DNA of 64,000 nucleotides, taken from an uncultured Nitrospiraceae bacterium (GTDB lineage: Bacteria > Nitrospirota > Thermodesulfovibrionia > Thermodesulfovibrionales > SM23-35). Location of the stretch: NCBI GenBank assembly GCA_963725545.1, contig CAVRZG010000008.1:59392-123391 (forward strand), given 5' to 3'. Both the position numbers and the translations under genes were made by a program. The notes below the pieces were generated by a model. It was not told the DNA's origin. It was given only the letters and a program-made list of their open reading frames with translations, and ran no database searches. Positions 26,636 through 35,476 of the stretch are shown here, piece by piece; position 1 is the stretch's first letter; each line of letters begins with the position of its first letter.

Positions 26636-27163
26636 ATGTCGGTACTTGAAATCAAAAGATATCCGGACAAAATCCTCAAACAGAAGACCGCTGAAATCTC
26701 TGATATAGACGGCATGACACAACAGCTTATCGACGATATGCTTGAGACGATGCATTGCGCGCACGGACTGGGGCTTGCGGCAAACCAGATCGGCGTCTCC
26801 AAGCGGCTGTGTATCATTGATCTCAGCCTGAAAGAGGAGAACCATGTGCCGCTCATCATCCTGATCAACCCTGTCATTATTGAGAAAGAGGGCGTAGTCG
26901 ATGCCGAAGAGGGCTGCCTGAGCTTGCCGGGATATATGACGTCGATTAAAAGGGCGGAGAAGGTGTTTGTGAAAGGGTTCAACCGTGAGGGCAAGCCGGT
27001 GGAGTTTGAAGGGACAGGGCTTCTGGGCAGGGCGCTCCAGCATGAAATAGACCATCTTGAGGGCCTGCTCATGATCGACCGCATGAGCCCGATAAGGAGA
27101 GAATTCTTCAAGAGACGATACAAGAAGCTCCAGCAGGAAATAGCCGACAATAATGATCAATGA
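26636..27163 (+). CDS. def: Peptide deformylase
   Basis: The three motifs GLGLAANQIG, EGCLSLPG and HEIDHLEG are present. Confidence 0.95.
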   Translation: MSVLEIKRYPDKILKQKTAEISDIDGMTQQLIDDMLETMHCAHGLGLAANQIGVSKRLCIIDLSLKEENHVPLIILINPVIIEKEGVVDAEEGCLSLPGYMTSIKRAEKVFVKGFNREGKPVEFEGTGLLGRALQHEIDHLEGLLMIDRMSPIRREFFKRRYKKLQQEIADNNDQ

Positions 27164-27239
27164 TCGAATTATCATTGCGAACTTATCATTGTTTTTTATA
27201 ATTATCGCCTTGCATTTTACGATAATTGATAATTAAGAT

Positions 27240-28165
27240 ATGCGCATTGTATTTTTCGGCACGCCTTCCTTTGCGATTCCGTCTCTTTCCGAGCTTCTTC
27301 AGTCCGGGCATGAGGTCGGTGCAGTTGTCACGCAGCCTGATAAGAAGAAGGGGCGTCATCGTGTACTCACGGCTCCCCCGGTAAAAGAGCTTGCGGTCGG
27401 CAGAGGGATCCCGGTCCTTCAACCGGAAAAAATGAAAGACCCTCTGTTTCTTGAAGAACTCACGCGAATAAGCCCGGACGTGATAATTGTTGTGGCATAT
27501 GGCAAGATCCTTCCACCACAGATACTCGGACTTCCGCCTCACGGCTGCATTAATGTGCATGCATCTCTTTTGCCGAAATACAGAGGGGCGGCGCCTATTC
27601 AGTGGTCTCTTATATCCGGCGAAAGAAAAGACGGGTGTTACAACCATGCTCATGAATGAAGGTCTTGATACAGGAGACATCCTGCTTCAGGAAGAGACGG
27701 ACATACAAGATGACGACACAGCCGAGAGCCTCGGCAGAAGACTTTCAGGCATCGGCGCTTCTCTGCTCTTAAGAACGATAGATCAACTGGAAACGCGGGA
27801 AGATCATCCCTGCGCCTCAGACAGGAACTCCGACCTTTGCCCCCCCTCTCAGAAAAGAGGACGGCAGGATCGATTGGTCAAAAAGCGCTAAAGAGATCTT
27901 TAATATGGTCAGGGGCATGTATCCCTGGCCATGCGCGTATTGTACACTGAACGGCGAAAGGATTAAAATTACCAGGGTCATGCCATTGGAAGGCCCGGGG
28001 AGAGCAGGCAGGGTTGAAAGGACCGGTGAAGAGCTTGTCGTAGGAACAGGTGACGGGCTCATCTCAATCATCGATCTGCAGCCCGAAGGCAAAAAGCTCA
28101 TGAGTGCCAGGGACTTTATGCAGGGAAGAAGGTTGAAGGCAGGTGTCTTTTTTGATGGGCAGTAA
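27240..28165 (+). CDS. fmt: Methionyl-tRNA formyltransferase, interrupted by two +1 frameshifts (about 27626-27630 and 27794-27799)
   Basis: MRIVFFGTP..VVTQPDKKKGR..NVHASLLPKYRGAAPIQWSLISGE (frame 0); KTGVTTMLMNEGLDTGDILLQEE..IDQLET (frame 1); GKIIPAPQTGTPTFAPPLRKEDGRIDWSKSAKEIFNMVRGMYPWP..LQPEGKKLMSARDF (frame 2). Confidence 0.9.
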
Positions 28166-28685
28166 ATGGACCAGGGGGATCACTCTCAAAATATTGTATC
28201 CTCTGCTTATGTTTGCAGGGTCATTTTTCAAAAACAAAAAAGAAGACTACCAGAGATTTATTATAGGCCTAAACAACAGACTTGTAAAAAAAGAAGGCCT
28301 GAGACCCGGGAAAATACTTCTTCTCCTGCCTCACTGCCTCCAGATCGACCAGTGCGAGATCAGATTGACCTATAACATTCAGAATTGCAAGAGGTGCGGC
28401 AAATGCGGGATAAGGGATTTGATACAGGTTGCGGAAGATAACCATATGAGTATTTTTATTGCTACCGGAGGCTCCCTGGCCCGGAGGGTCATCAGTGAGA
28501 TCAAGCCTGACGCAGTGGTTGCCGTTGCCTGTGAGAACGATCTCAGCAGCGGCATCGCAGACAGCTATCCTCTGCCGGTACTTGGTGTTCCTAACGAGCG
28601 GCCTCAGGGGCCTTGCGTCAATACCCGCGTTGATATCGCAAAGATTAGAGATGCCGTAATGTTTCTGGGGTCGGGACATGAATAA
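28155..28685 (+). CDS. DUF116 family protein
   Basis: LLLLPHCLQ...C..........C.RCGKC.I.DL......H.SIFIATGGSLARR..SEIKPDAVVAVACENDL matches my recollection of DUF116, which commonly follows fmt. The start is uncertain (28143 or 28155). Confidence 0.7.
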   Translation: MGSKWTRGITLKILYPLLMFAGSFFKNKKEDYQRFIIGLNNRLVKKEGLRPGKILLLLPHCLQIDQCEIRLTYNIQNCKRCGKCGIRDLIQVAEDNHMSIFIATGGSLARRVISEIKPDAVVAVACENDLSSGIADSYPLPVLGVPNERPQGPCVNTRVDIAKIRDAVMFLGSGHE

Positions 28686-29370
28686 AGAAATGCAGAAACT
28701 CGCAAAAGTCGCCCTTTACGTCTTCTCCTTCACACTGTTAGGCCTCTTATTCGGGGTCCTTACGTTCAAGGTCCTCAGTTTCAGCAGGACGGTGCAGATG
28801 CCGGACCTTTCAGGGAAAAGCATTGTAGATGCAAATAAACTTATGACGGACAAAGGTCTCTATCTGAATATAGAAGGTGAAGATTACGATGCTTCCGTTC
28901 CGCAGGGCAATATCATCAGACAGGACATACCTGCGGGGAATAAAGTGAAAGAACGCAGGGGCGTCAAGGTTGTCATCAGTAAAGGTCCTAGAGTGAGATC
29001 GGTGCCCATGCTCGTTAATGATACCCTCACAAACGCTGAAACCTCACTTCTCCAGAAGGGACTGAATATCGGCAAGGTAATCATGGTGCATTCGGACATA
29101 GTTGAAAAGGACAAGATTATTGCACAGAAGCCTGATATAAATGAACAGGTCAGCGATACTGTAACAGTACTTGTAAGCCAGGGGCCTTATGACATGATAT
29201 ACTACTGTCCTGATTTCAAGGGCATGCCTCTGGAACAGGCCAATATCCTGATTAAGAAGCTGAATCTTAAGGCAGCGCTTGAAGGGACCGGTGAGACGGT
29301 TGAGGCACAAAGACCGGAAGCCGGCAAACAAATAAAGTCGGGCGACACAATTTACTTGAAGCTGTATTAG
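28678..29370 (+). CDS. Membrane-anchored PASTA-domain protein (three PASTA repeats)
   Basis: N-terminal TM helix (VALYVFSFTLLGLLFGVLTF), then three units of the type VPDLSGKS...A...L...GL.........S..V..G.II.Q.P.AG..V....V.VVIS.G. Confidence 0.75.
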   Translation: MNKEMQKLAKVALYVFSFTLLGLLFGVLTFKVLSFSRTVQMPDLSGKSIVDANKLMTDKGLYLNIEGEDYDASVPQGNIIRQDIPAGNKVKERRGVKVVISKGPRVRSVPMLVNDTLTNAETSLLQKGLNIGKVIMVHSDIVEKDKIIAQKPDINEQVSDTVTVLVSQGPYDMIYYCPDFKGMPLEQANILIKKLNLKAALEGTGETVEAQRPEAGKQIKSGDTIYLKLY

Positions 29371-29444
29371 GTTTCTTATTATTATATAGCCCATCCCATG
29401 CCTCTAAGATAAATGAGATGGGCATATTCCGGTCCGGGGGTAAA

Positions 29445-30104
29445 ATGCTGAAAATAGCGCCTTCTATCCTCTCAGCCGACTTTTTGAGGCTCGGGGAAGA
29501 GATAAAAGCAGCAGAGAGAGCGGGGGCAGACCTGATTCATGTTGATATTATGGACGGTCATTTTGTGCCCAATATTACTATAGGTCCTGCAATCGTTGAA
29601 GCAGTCCGCAGAAGCACTTCGCTGCCGCTGGATGTGCACCTCATGATCGAAGAACCCGACAGGTATCTCGATGATTTCATAAAAGCCGGCGCAGACTATC
29701 TGACTATACACTTTGAGGCTGATGTACACTTGCACCGGACCATACAGCGGATCAGGGAACATGGGAAGAAAGCGGGCGTATCTCTGAATCCGGCAACTTC
29801 TGTATGGAATCTTGAGGATATTCTGAGTGACATCGACTACGTCCTGATCATGTCCGTGAATCCGGGCTTTGGCGGACAGAAATATATCACTCATTCCACG
29901 GAGAAGATCAAAATGCTGAAGGGACTTCTCAGGAAAAGAAATCTGCCTGCGCTTATTGAGGTAGACGGTGGGGTGAGCCCTGATAATGCAGCGGAAGTTG
30001 CATCGGCGGGCGCGGATATTATTGTTATGGGTTCAGCTTTTTTTCATTCAAAGGATTATGGAGACATTGTTAAAAGAGTCAGACAGGTTACAGAAAACAT
30101 ATAG
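29445..30104 (+). CDS. rpe: Ribulose-phosphate 3-epimerase
   Basis: MLKIAPSILSADFLRLGEEIKAAERAGADLIHVDIMDGHFVPNITIGP..MSVNPGFGGQKYI..VDGG matches Rpe. Confidence 0.95.
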   Translation: MLKIAPSILSADFLRLGEEIKAAERAGADLIHVDIMDGHFVPNITIGPAIVEAVRRSTSLPLDVHLMIEEPDRYLDDFIKAGADYLTIHFEADVHLHRTIQRIREHGKKAGVSLNPATSVWNLEDILSDIDYVLIMSVNPGFGGQKYITHSTEKIKMLKGLLRKRNLPALIEVDGGVSPDNAAEVASAGADIIVMGSAFFHSKDYGDIVKRVRQVTENI

Positions 30105-31167
30105 CATCTTCTGCCTTGCGGAGACCCTCAGGGAGAAATCTCTTTATCTGCAGGCCCTGAGGAATTTCGAAAAGGCCTTGAAAGGGTATATCAGCCTCAG
30201 GGACAGTAATGGTATTTTCTCTGCTCTCCTTGCGCTGGGAGACACCTATCGTATGACGGGAAATTTTGACCGTGCGGCTGACAGATATGCCGAGGCTATA
30301 GACCTTGCGCGAGAGTTGAAATCTCCTGTTTTGGTTACGGACGCCATGGTCGGGCTGGGTCTTTCTTTGAGGGCCCAGGGGGACTGGAAAGGAGCTCTTC
30401 GGAATATTGAGACCGCATATAAGATATACGCCAGGAAAGAAGATAGAGAAGGCGTCGCCTTCACTCTGTGGGCCAAGGCCGGCACGCTTAGGATAAAGGG
30501 TAGTATTCCTGAGGCGATCCTGACATTCAGGGAATCGCGGAAGGCATTTCAGTCTCTAAAGGATGAAAATGGTTACGGCTACTGCCTCTGCGGACTGGGC
30601 GGAGCTTCACGTATAGCAGGGCGTTTCAAGGATTCATTGAAATACTACATGGCTGCCAACCGCTTGTTCTCCGGGATGAAAGACACTTTCGGCACAGCAT
30701 ACTCTTACTGCGGCATGGGAAATGCCCACAGGATGCTCGGGGATTATAAAACTGCCTTTGCCTATTTCGGGAAGGCCACAAGACTCTATGAAAAAATTGG
30801 AGACATTGTTAGTTATTCATATACGCTATGGGGGCTCGCTACCGGGCATAAAATGCTCGGAGATTACCGTAAGGCTGTTCTTTACATGAACAAGGCCATG
30901 GCAAATTTCAGGAAGACAAAAGATCCCAGGGGCATCATTTACTGCAGACTTGGTTTTGGGGAAATTGCCATACTGACAGGCAAAAAAACTTTAGCAAAAA
31001 GGCATCTTGAATCAGCGCTGAATGAATCTGCGGCATATGGTTTTGCTGTCGAAAAATGCTATGCCGAAACGCTGACGCAGATGCTCAGCGGCAAGGCAGA
31101 TAATTCGTGTTACAAACGGCTCGGACTCAGACTCAGGTTCCGGGCCCTGCCGTTAAATATTCCTTAG
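30058..31167 (+). CDS. TPR-repeat protein
   Basis: Repeating ~40-aa units (..A...Y..A..L......D..G.A..L.GLG...R..G....A...), about 8 copies. The start is uncertain; the ATG at 30058 overlaps the end of rpe. Confidence 0.6.
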   Translation: METLLKESDRLQKTYSIFCLAETLREKSLYLQALRNFEKALKGYISLRDSNGIFSALLALGDTYRMTGNFDRAADRYAEAIDLARELKSPVLVTDAMVGLGLSLRAQGDWKGALRNIETAYKIYARKEDREGVAFTLWAKAGTLRIKGSIPEAILTFRESRKAFQSLKDENGYGYCLCGLGGASRIAGRFKDSLKYYMAANRLFSGMKDTFGTAYSYCGMGNAHRMLGDYKTAFAYFGKATRLYEKIGDIVSYSYTLWGLATGHKMLGDYRKAVLYMNKAMANFRKTKDPRGIIYCRLGFGEIAILTGKKTLAKRHLESALNESAAYGFAVEKCYAETLTQMLSGKADNSCYKRLGLRLRFRALPLNIP

Positions 31168-31188
31168 GGTCTTTTTGCATTTTTCAAT

Positions 31189-31764
31189 TTGAATTTTTCT
31201 TTCAAGGGTCGGGGGTTGGCTGTTGTGGGGGTCTTAAACATACCCAATACATTGACGATAACAAGGATACTCGTTATCCCTGTTTTCATAACATCAATAG
31301 TCTATAAGCGCTATGACTATTCGCTTTTTCTGTTCGTCTTTGCTGCCCTGACGGATCTTCTGGACGGGCTCTTTGCCAGAATGACAAACCAGAAAACCGC
31401 TCTGGGCACATTTTTGGACCCTCTGGCGGACAAATTCCTCCTTGTCACTTCGTTTATTGTTCTGACCATCTACGGCTGGATACCAAAATGGCTGACGATA
31501 ACAGTCATCAGCAGGGACATCATCATTATCACCGGCTGGCTGATCCTCTACCTGGCAGCAGGCATATCGAAGGTTAATCCGTCCATCCTCGGTAAAACAA
31601 CAATATGGATGCAGAGCATGCTTATTGCTTACATTCTCCTGGACATCAATCTTTTGTTCCTTCCGGGGATACCCTATGCGCTTTTTTTCCTGACGGCTGC
31701 CATAACTATAGTCTCGGGACTTCAATATATTTTCAGGGGTTTGAAACTCTCCCATGCAAAATGA
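31189..31764 (+). CDS. pgsA: CDP-diacylglycerol--glycerol-3-phosphate 3-phosphatidyltransferase (CDP-alcohol phosphatidyltransferase family)
   Basis: The D(x)2DG(x)2AR(x)8G(x)3D(x)3D motif is present as TDLLDGLFARMTNQKTALGTFLDPLADK. Several TM helices. Confidence 0.85.
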   Translation: MNFSFKGRGLAVVGVLNIPNTLTITRILVIPVFITSIVYKRYDYSLFLFVFAALTDLLDGLFARMTNQKTALGTFLDPLADKFLLVTSFIVLTIYGWIPKWLTITVISRDIIIITGWLILYLAAGISKVNPSILGKTTIWMQSMLIAYILLDINLLFLPGIPYALFFLTAAITIVSGLQYIFRGLKLSHAK

Positions 31765-33049
31765 ACAAAGCCTAACAATAGAGCGCATACAGAAAGGCAG
31801 TCTCGCGGAAAAATCCGGGCTGCAGGCAGGTGACGTGGTTCTTTCCATAAACTCCCGCGCGCTCCGGGACCCGATAGATTTCATGTATTACTGCGGTGAT
31901 GATCTCCTGACCGTTGCGGTGAAAAGAGCGGGACAGATTACGCCCATCGAGATCAAGCGAAGGGACGAAATTGAATTCGGCATCGAGTTCAAACCATTCA
32001 AGGTCATGACGTGCAAGAACAATTGCGTCTTTTGTTTTGTCAAACAGCTCCCGGCCGGTCTCAGGAAAACGCTGTATGTTAAAGATGAAGACTACCGCAT
32101 GTCTTTTCTTTACGGCAATTACATAACGCTCTCCAACCTCACCAAGGAAGATAAAAAGCGGATAGTCGAACAGAGGCTGAGCCCGCTCTATATCTCGGTC
32201 CATTCTACAAACAAGGCTGTAAGGAACAAGCTCCTCGGTAATCCCAAAGGGCCTGATATCATGAAGGAACTGAAGTTCTTCGCGGACAATAAACTGCGGT
32301 TTAATGTGCAGATCGTACTTTGTCCGGGATACAATGACGGCAAGGAACTTAAGCAGACCCTGAGCAATCTCTACAGGTTCTATCCCTATGTCCTTTCGAT
32401 CGCTGTTGTGCCTGTCGGCCTGACTATTCACCGGAACAAGGATCTAAGACCTGTCGAGAAAGAAGATGCTGAAAATGCCCTGAAGATCATCGAGTCTTTT
32501 CAGAAAAGGTTCATGAAGAAACACGGCAATCCCATTGTTTATGGAGCGGATGAATTATATCTGAAGGCAGGACATCCCTTCCCCCCGCTGAAAGAATATG
32601 GTGAACTCTACCAACTGGAAAATGGCGTAGGCATGGTGCCGTTGTTCCTGAATCAGGCCAAGAAAGTCAGGGTCCCAAAGACAATGCCCCAGGGAAAGAA
32701 ATTCCTTACTTTTACCGGGGCCTCCTTTTATCCTTTTCTGAAAAAGTTCCTTGACAGGATCAGTGAAAAAGAACATCTCAGCATAGATGTCCTTGCCGTG
32801 GAGAATACTTTTTTCGGACCGTCAGTCACAGTCGCAGGACTCCTCTCCGGAAGGGACGTCATAAAAACCATACTCGATAGAACAGACGGTTACGATATGA
32901 TTCTGGTGCCTGATGTAGTACTCAACATGCAGGATCAGTTCCTGGACGATGTCACCCTCCAGGACATTAAGGATGCGCTCGGCATCCCGGTAAAGAAGAT
33001 CAGCTCCACACCTGAAGGGATCATAAAAGGCATCTCGGAAATTATTTAG
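31754..33049 (+). CDS. PDZ-domain plus DUF512 protein (radical-SAM-like, TIGR03279-type)
   Basis: The N-terminal PDZ-like segment (GSLAEKSGLQAGDVVLSINS) is followed by ..CKNNCVFCFV.QLP..LR..LY.KDEDYR.SFL.GNYITL.. and a DUF512-type C-terminus. Family assignment is from memory. Confidence 0.7.
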   Translation: MQNEQSLTIERIQKGSLAEKSGLQAGDVVLSINSRALRDPIDFMYYCGDDLLTVAVKRAGQITPIEIKRRDEIEFGIEFKPFKVMTCKNNCVFCFVKQLPAGLRKTLYVKDEDYRMSFLYGNYITLSNLTKEDKKRIVEQRLSPLYISVHSTNKAVRNKLLGNPKGPDIMKELKFFADNKLRFNVQIVLCPGYNDGKELKQTLSNLYRFYPYVLSIAVVPVGLTIHRNKDLRPVEKEDAENALKIIESFQKRFMKKHGNPIVYGADELYLKAGHPFPPLKEYGELYQLENGVGMVPLFLNQAKKVRVPKTMPQGKKFLTFTGASFYPFLKKFLDRISEKEHLSIDVLAVENTFFGPSVTVAGLLSGRDVIKTILDRTDGYDMILVPDVVLNMQDQFLDDVTLQDIKDALGIPVKKISSTPEGIIKGISEII

Positions 33050-33294
33050 CGTCTGAAAAGTCACACGCGGGCTTCTCCATGACCATTCCTGAAGATTCTG
33101 GCACAGACATTGCTTCATGGATTGTGAGAAACAATACTGGTCCAAATAAATATTAATTAATTTCAATATGTTATACTATCGAATAGGGTTTGACTGGGTC
33201 AACAGGTATTAATTTGATCATATCCAATGAGAAAAATTGTCACAGGAGGGTCGGAAAGTTGACAGAAAATAACCTGAATGCTAATATTTTTACT

Positions 33295-34041
33295 ATGAAG
33301 GCAGTCTTTGCAATCCTGTTTCTGGTCTCCTTTCTTGTGTCTTACTCCAGTGCCGACATTTTCAAATACGTTGATGAAAATGGCGTCATGTGCTATACCG
33401 ATGTGCCTTTCGACAAGAAGGCAGACAGAATCCTCAGGGAAAAGACTAAAGAACCATCCGACACCGAGCAACCGGTAAAATCAAAGGTAAAATCGACAGC
33501 TAACCCGTATTATCAGACAGCCGACTACCACGATATCATTCACGAAAAGGCGTCGACTTATAATGTTGACCCGTCCCTCGTCAAGGCTGTCATCAAGACA
33601 GAGTCAAACTGGAACAGCCGGGCCTTATCAAGAAAAGGCGCTATGGGACTGATGCAGCTTATGCCTTCGACGGCCAGTGATCTGAATGTTCATAATCCCT
33701 TCGACCCTGAGGAAAACATCGAAGGCGGGACAAAATATCTTAAATACCTGCTCGAAAAGTTTAACGGGGACCTGACCCTTGCGGTTGCCGCCTACAACGC
33801 AGGACCTAAGAGGGTCGAGAAGTATGGTTGTGTGCCTCCGATAACAGAAACAAAACAGTATGTGAACAAGGTGCTTTCCCTGTATAACGGCCCTGCCCAG
33901 TATGCCTTTAACACCGGCACAGGCAGTTCGTCAGGGAAGAAAGAGAAAAAGTCGGATCCTATCTATAAAGTTATTATGGAGGACGGCACGGTCCTTTTCA
34001 CGAATTCCACTTTCGTTTCAAAAAATACTTCCGGGTTTTAG
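33295..34041 (+). CDS. Lytic transglycosylase (SLT domain) with N-terminal DUF4124-like segment
   Basis: Signal MKAVFAILFLVSFLVSYSSA; DIFKYVDENGVMCYTDVP (DUF4124 type); VIKTESNWNSRALSRKGAMGLMQLMPSTA..AYNAGP (SLT catalytic E-S and AYNAG motifs). Confidence 0.85.
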   Translation: MKAVFAILFLVSFLVSYSSADIFKYVDENGVMCYTDVPFDKKADRILREKTKEPSDTEQPVKSKVKSTANPYYQTADYHDIIHEKASTYNVDPSLVKAVIKTESNWNSRALSRKGAMGLMQLMPSTASDLNVHNPFDPEENIEGGTKYLKYLLEKFNGDLTLAVAAYNAGPKRVEKYGCVPPITETKQYVNKVLSLYNGPAQYAFNTGTGSSSGKKEKKSDPIYKVIMEDGTVLFTNSTFVSKNTSGF

Positions 34042-35033
34042 ATGCAGCCTCAGGAAGCCCTTCTCAGGGATGAGATACTCAAGCTTAAAGAGGAACGGCG
34101 GGCAATTATTCTCGCCCACAACTATCAGAGGGATGAAGTACAGGAGATAGCGGACTTCACCGGAGATTCTCTCGAACTTTCCAGAACTGCCTCAACAATA
34201 GACTGCGATATCATTGTTTTTGCCGGCGTTAATTTCATGGCTGAAAGCGCCTCAATCCTATGCCCTGAAAAGACGGTACTTCTTCCGGAAATCGATGCCG
34301 GTTGCCCGATGGCGGATATGATCCAGGTCGATGCCCCGCGTTGGGAAAGAACGAGCTTCCCCGGATTCACGAATCCTCCTCCATACATCTATCCAACTGA
34401 ATTTTCCTTAAGAGATATCAAGGCGAAGTATCCGGGAGCGCCTGTCGTGGCCTACGTAAACACCACCGCTGATGTAAAGGCGGAAAGTGATATCTGCTGC
34501 ACTTCTGCGAATGTTGTAAAGGTCATAGAATCGCTTTCCTGACGAAACAGTCATATCGTATCCCTGACAAGAATCTTTCGATGTGGGCGCAGAAACACAC
34601 AAAGAAAAAAATCATCGCCTGGGACGGGTTCTGTCATGTTCACGAAAGGGTCTCGCCTGAGGATGTGATACGGGCAAGGGAAGAGCATCCCGGGGCGTTG
34701 CTGATGGCGCATCCTGAATGCAGGCTTGAAGTTCTTGAGATGGCCGATCATGTGACAAGCACGTCGGGGATGTTGAGATTCGCCAAGGCATCGATCTGAG
34801 AGAGAATTCATCGTCGGGACAGAGATAGGACTCATGTACCGTTTGAGAAAGGATAATCCGGAGAAGTCCTTTTATCCCCTGAGAAGAGACATGGTTTGCC
34901 CTACCATGAAAATGACCACCCTCTTCAGTATCTTGCAGGGCACTGAAAGAGAATTCTATATGTTGTTAAAGTGCCGGAAGAGATACGGGCTCCCGCGAAG
35001 AAGGCTCTCGACAGGATGCTTGACATCAGCTGA
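34042..35033 (+). pseudogene. nadA: Quinolinate synthase NadA carrying five successive +1 frameshifts
   Basis: The NadA sequence is recovered only by stepping +1 at about 34540, 34556-34559, 34797, 34936 and 34961: ..[15 protein letters not shown] / DETVI / IPDKNLSMWAQKHTKKKIIAWDGFCHVHE..HPECR..TSTSGML / EREFIVGTEIGLMYRLRK..CPTMKMTTLFSIL / RALKENSI / VVKVPEEIRAPAKKALDRMLDIS*. Segment lengths match my recollection of Thermotoga NadA. Confidence 0.85.
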
Positions 35034-35042
35034 GAGTTGCTT

Positions 35043-35426
35043 ATGGATGCCTTTTGGAAAATAGCTGAAAGACGCATCGCTGAGGCTATGCTGAACGGCG
35101 AATTCGATGACCTTGAAAACAAGGGCAAGCCAATCCAGTTCGAAGATGAGACATGGATTCCTGAAGACCTCAGAATGGCCTACCGGTTCCTGAAGAATGC
35201 CGGATGTATCCCTCCTGAACTGGAAATCCGAAACGAAGTAGTCAATCTGTGCAAATTATTGAACACACTTGATGACGATAAAGAAAGACTGAAGAAGATC
35301 AGGGAACTGAATTTCAAGCTCATGAAGCTGAACATGAACCGCAAGAAGCCCCTCACACTTGAAGACTTCCCTGAATATGAGGAAAAGATAATGGACAGGA
35401 TCGCCGGCGGCAAAACACAGCGCTGA
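35043..35426 (+). CDS. DUF1992 (DnaJC28-like) protein
   Basis: AERRIAEAMLNGEFDDLENKGKPI.FEDE.WIPEDLRMAYRFLKNAG..PPELE is the characteristic DUF1992 motif. Confidence 0.7.
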   Translation: MDAFWKIAERRIAEAMLNGEFDDLENKGKPIQFEDETWIPEDLRMAYRFLKNAGCIPPELEIRNEVVNLCKLLNTLDDDKERLKKIRELNFKLMKLNMNRKKPLTLEDFPEYEEKIMDRIAGGKTQR

Positions 35427-35476
35427 CCCGACCGGGAATTCGGTCTGCCTTCAGTATGTTTCTTCAGTTGCTTTAT

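Noticed and set aside
26600-27175. Two long minus-strand ORFs (191 aa and 175 aa) overlapping def.
   Set aside because: The plus-strand ORF carries all three peptide deformylase motifs, so these are antisense shadows.
31294-32431. Long minus-strand ORFs (196 aa and 219 aa) over pgsA and the DUF512 gene; similarly 43240-43875 (+) over the UXS gene, 35456-35896 (+) over the IPTL protein gene, and 51530-52624 (+) over the epimerase.
   Set aside because: Each is antisense to a gene with strong family motifs, and none shows motifs of its own.
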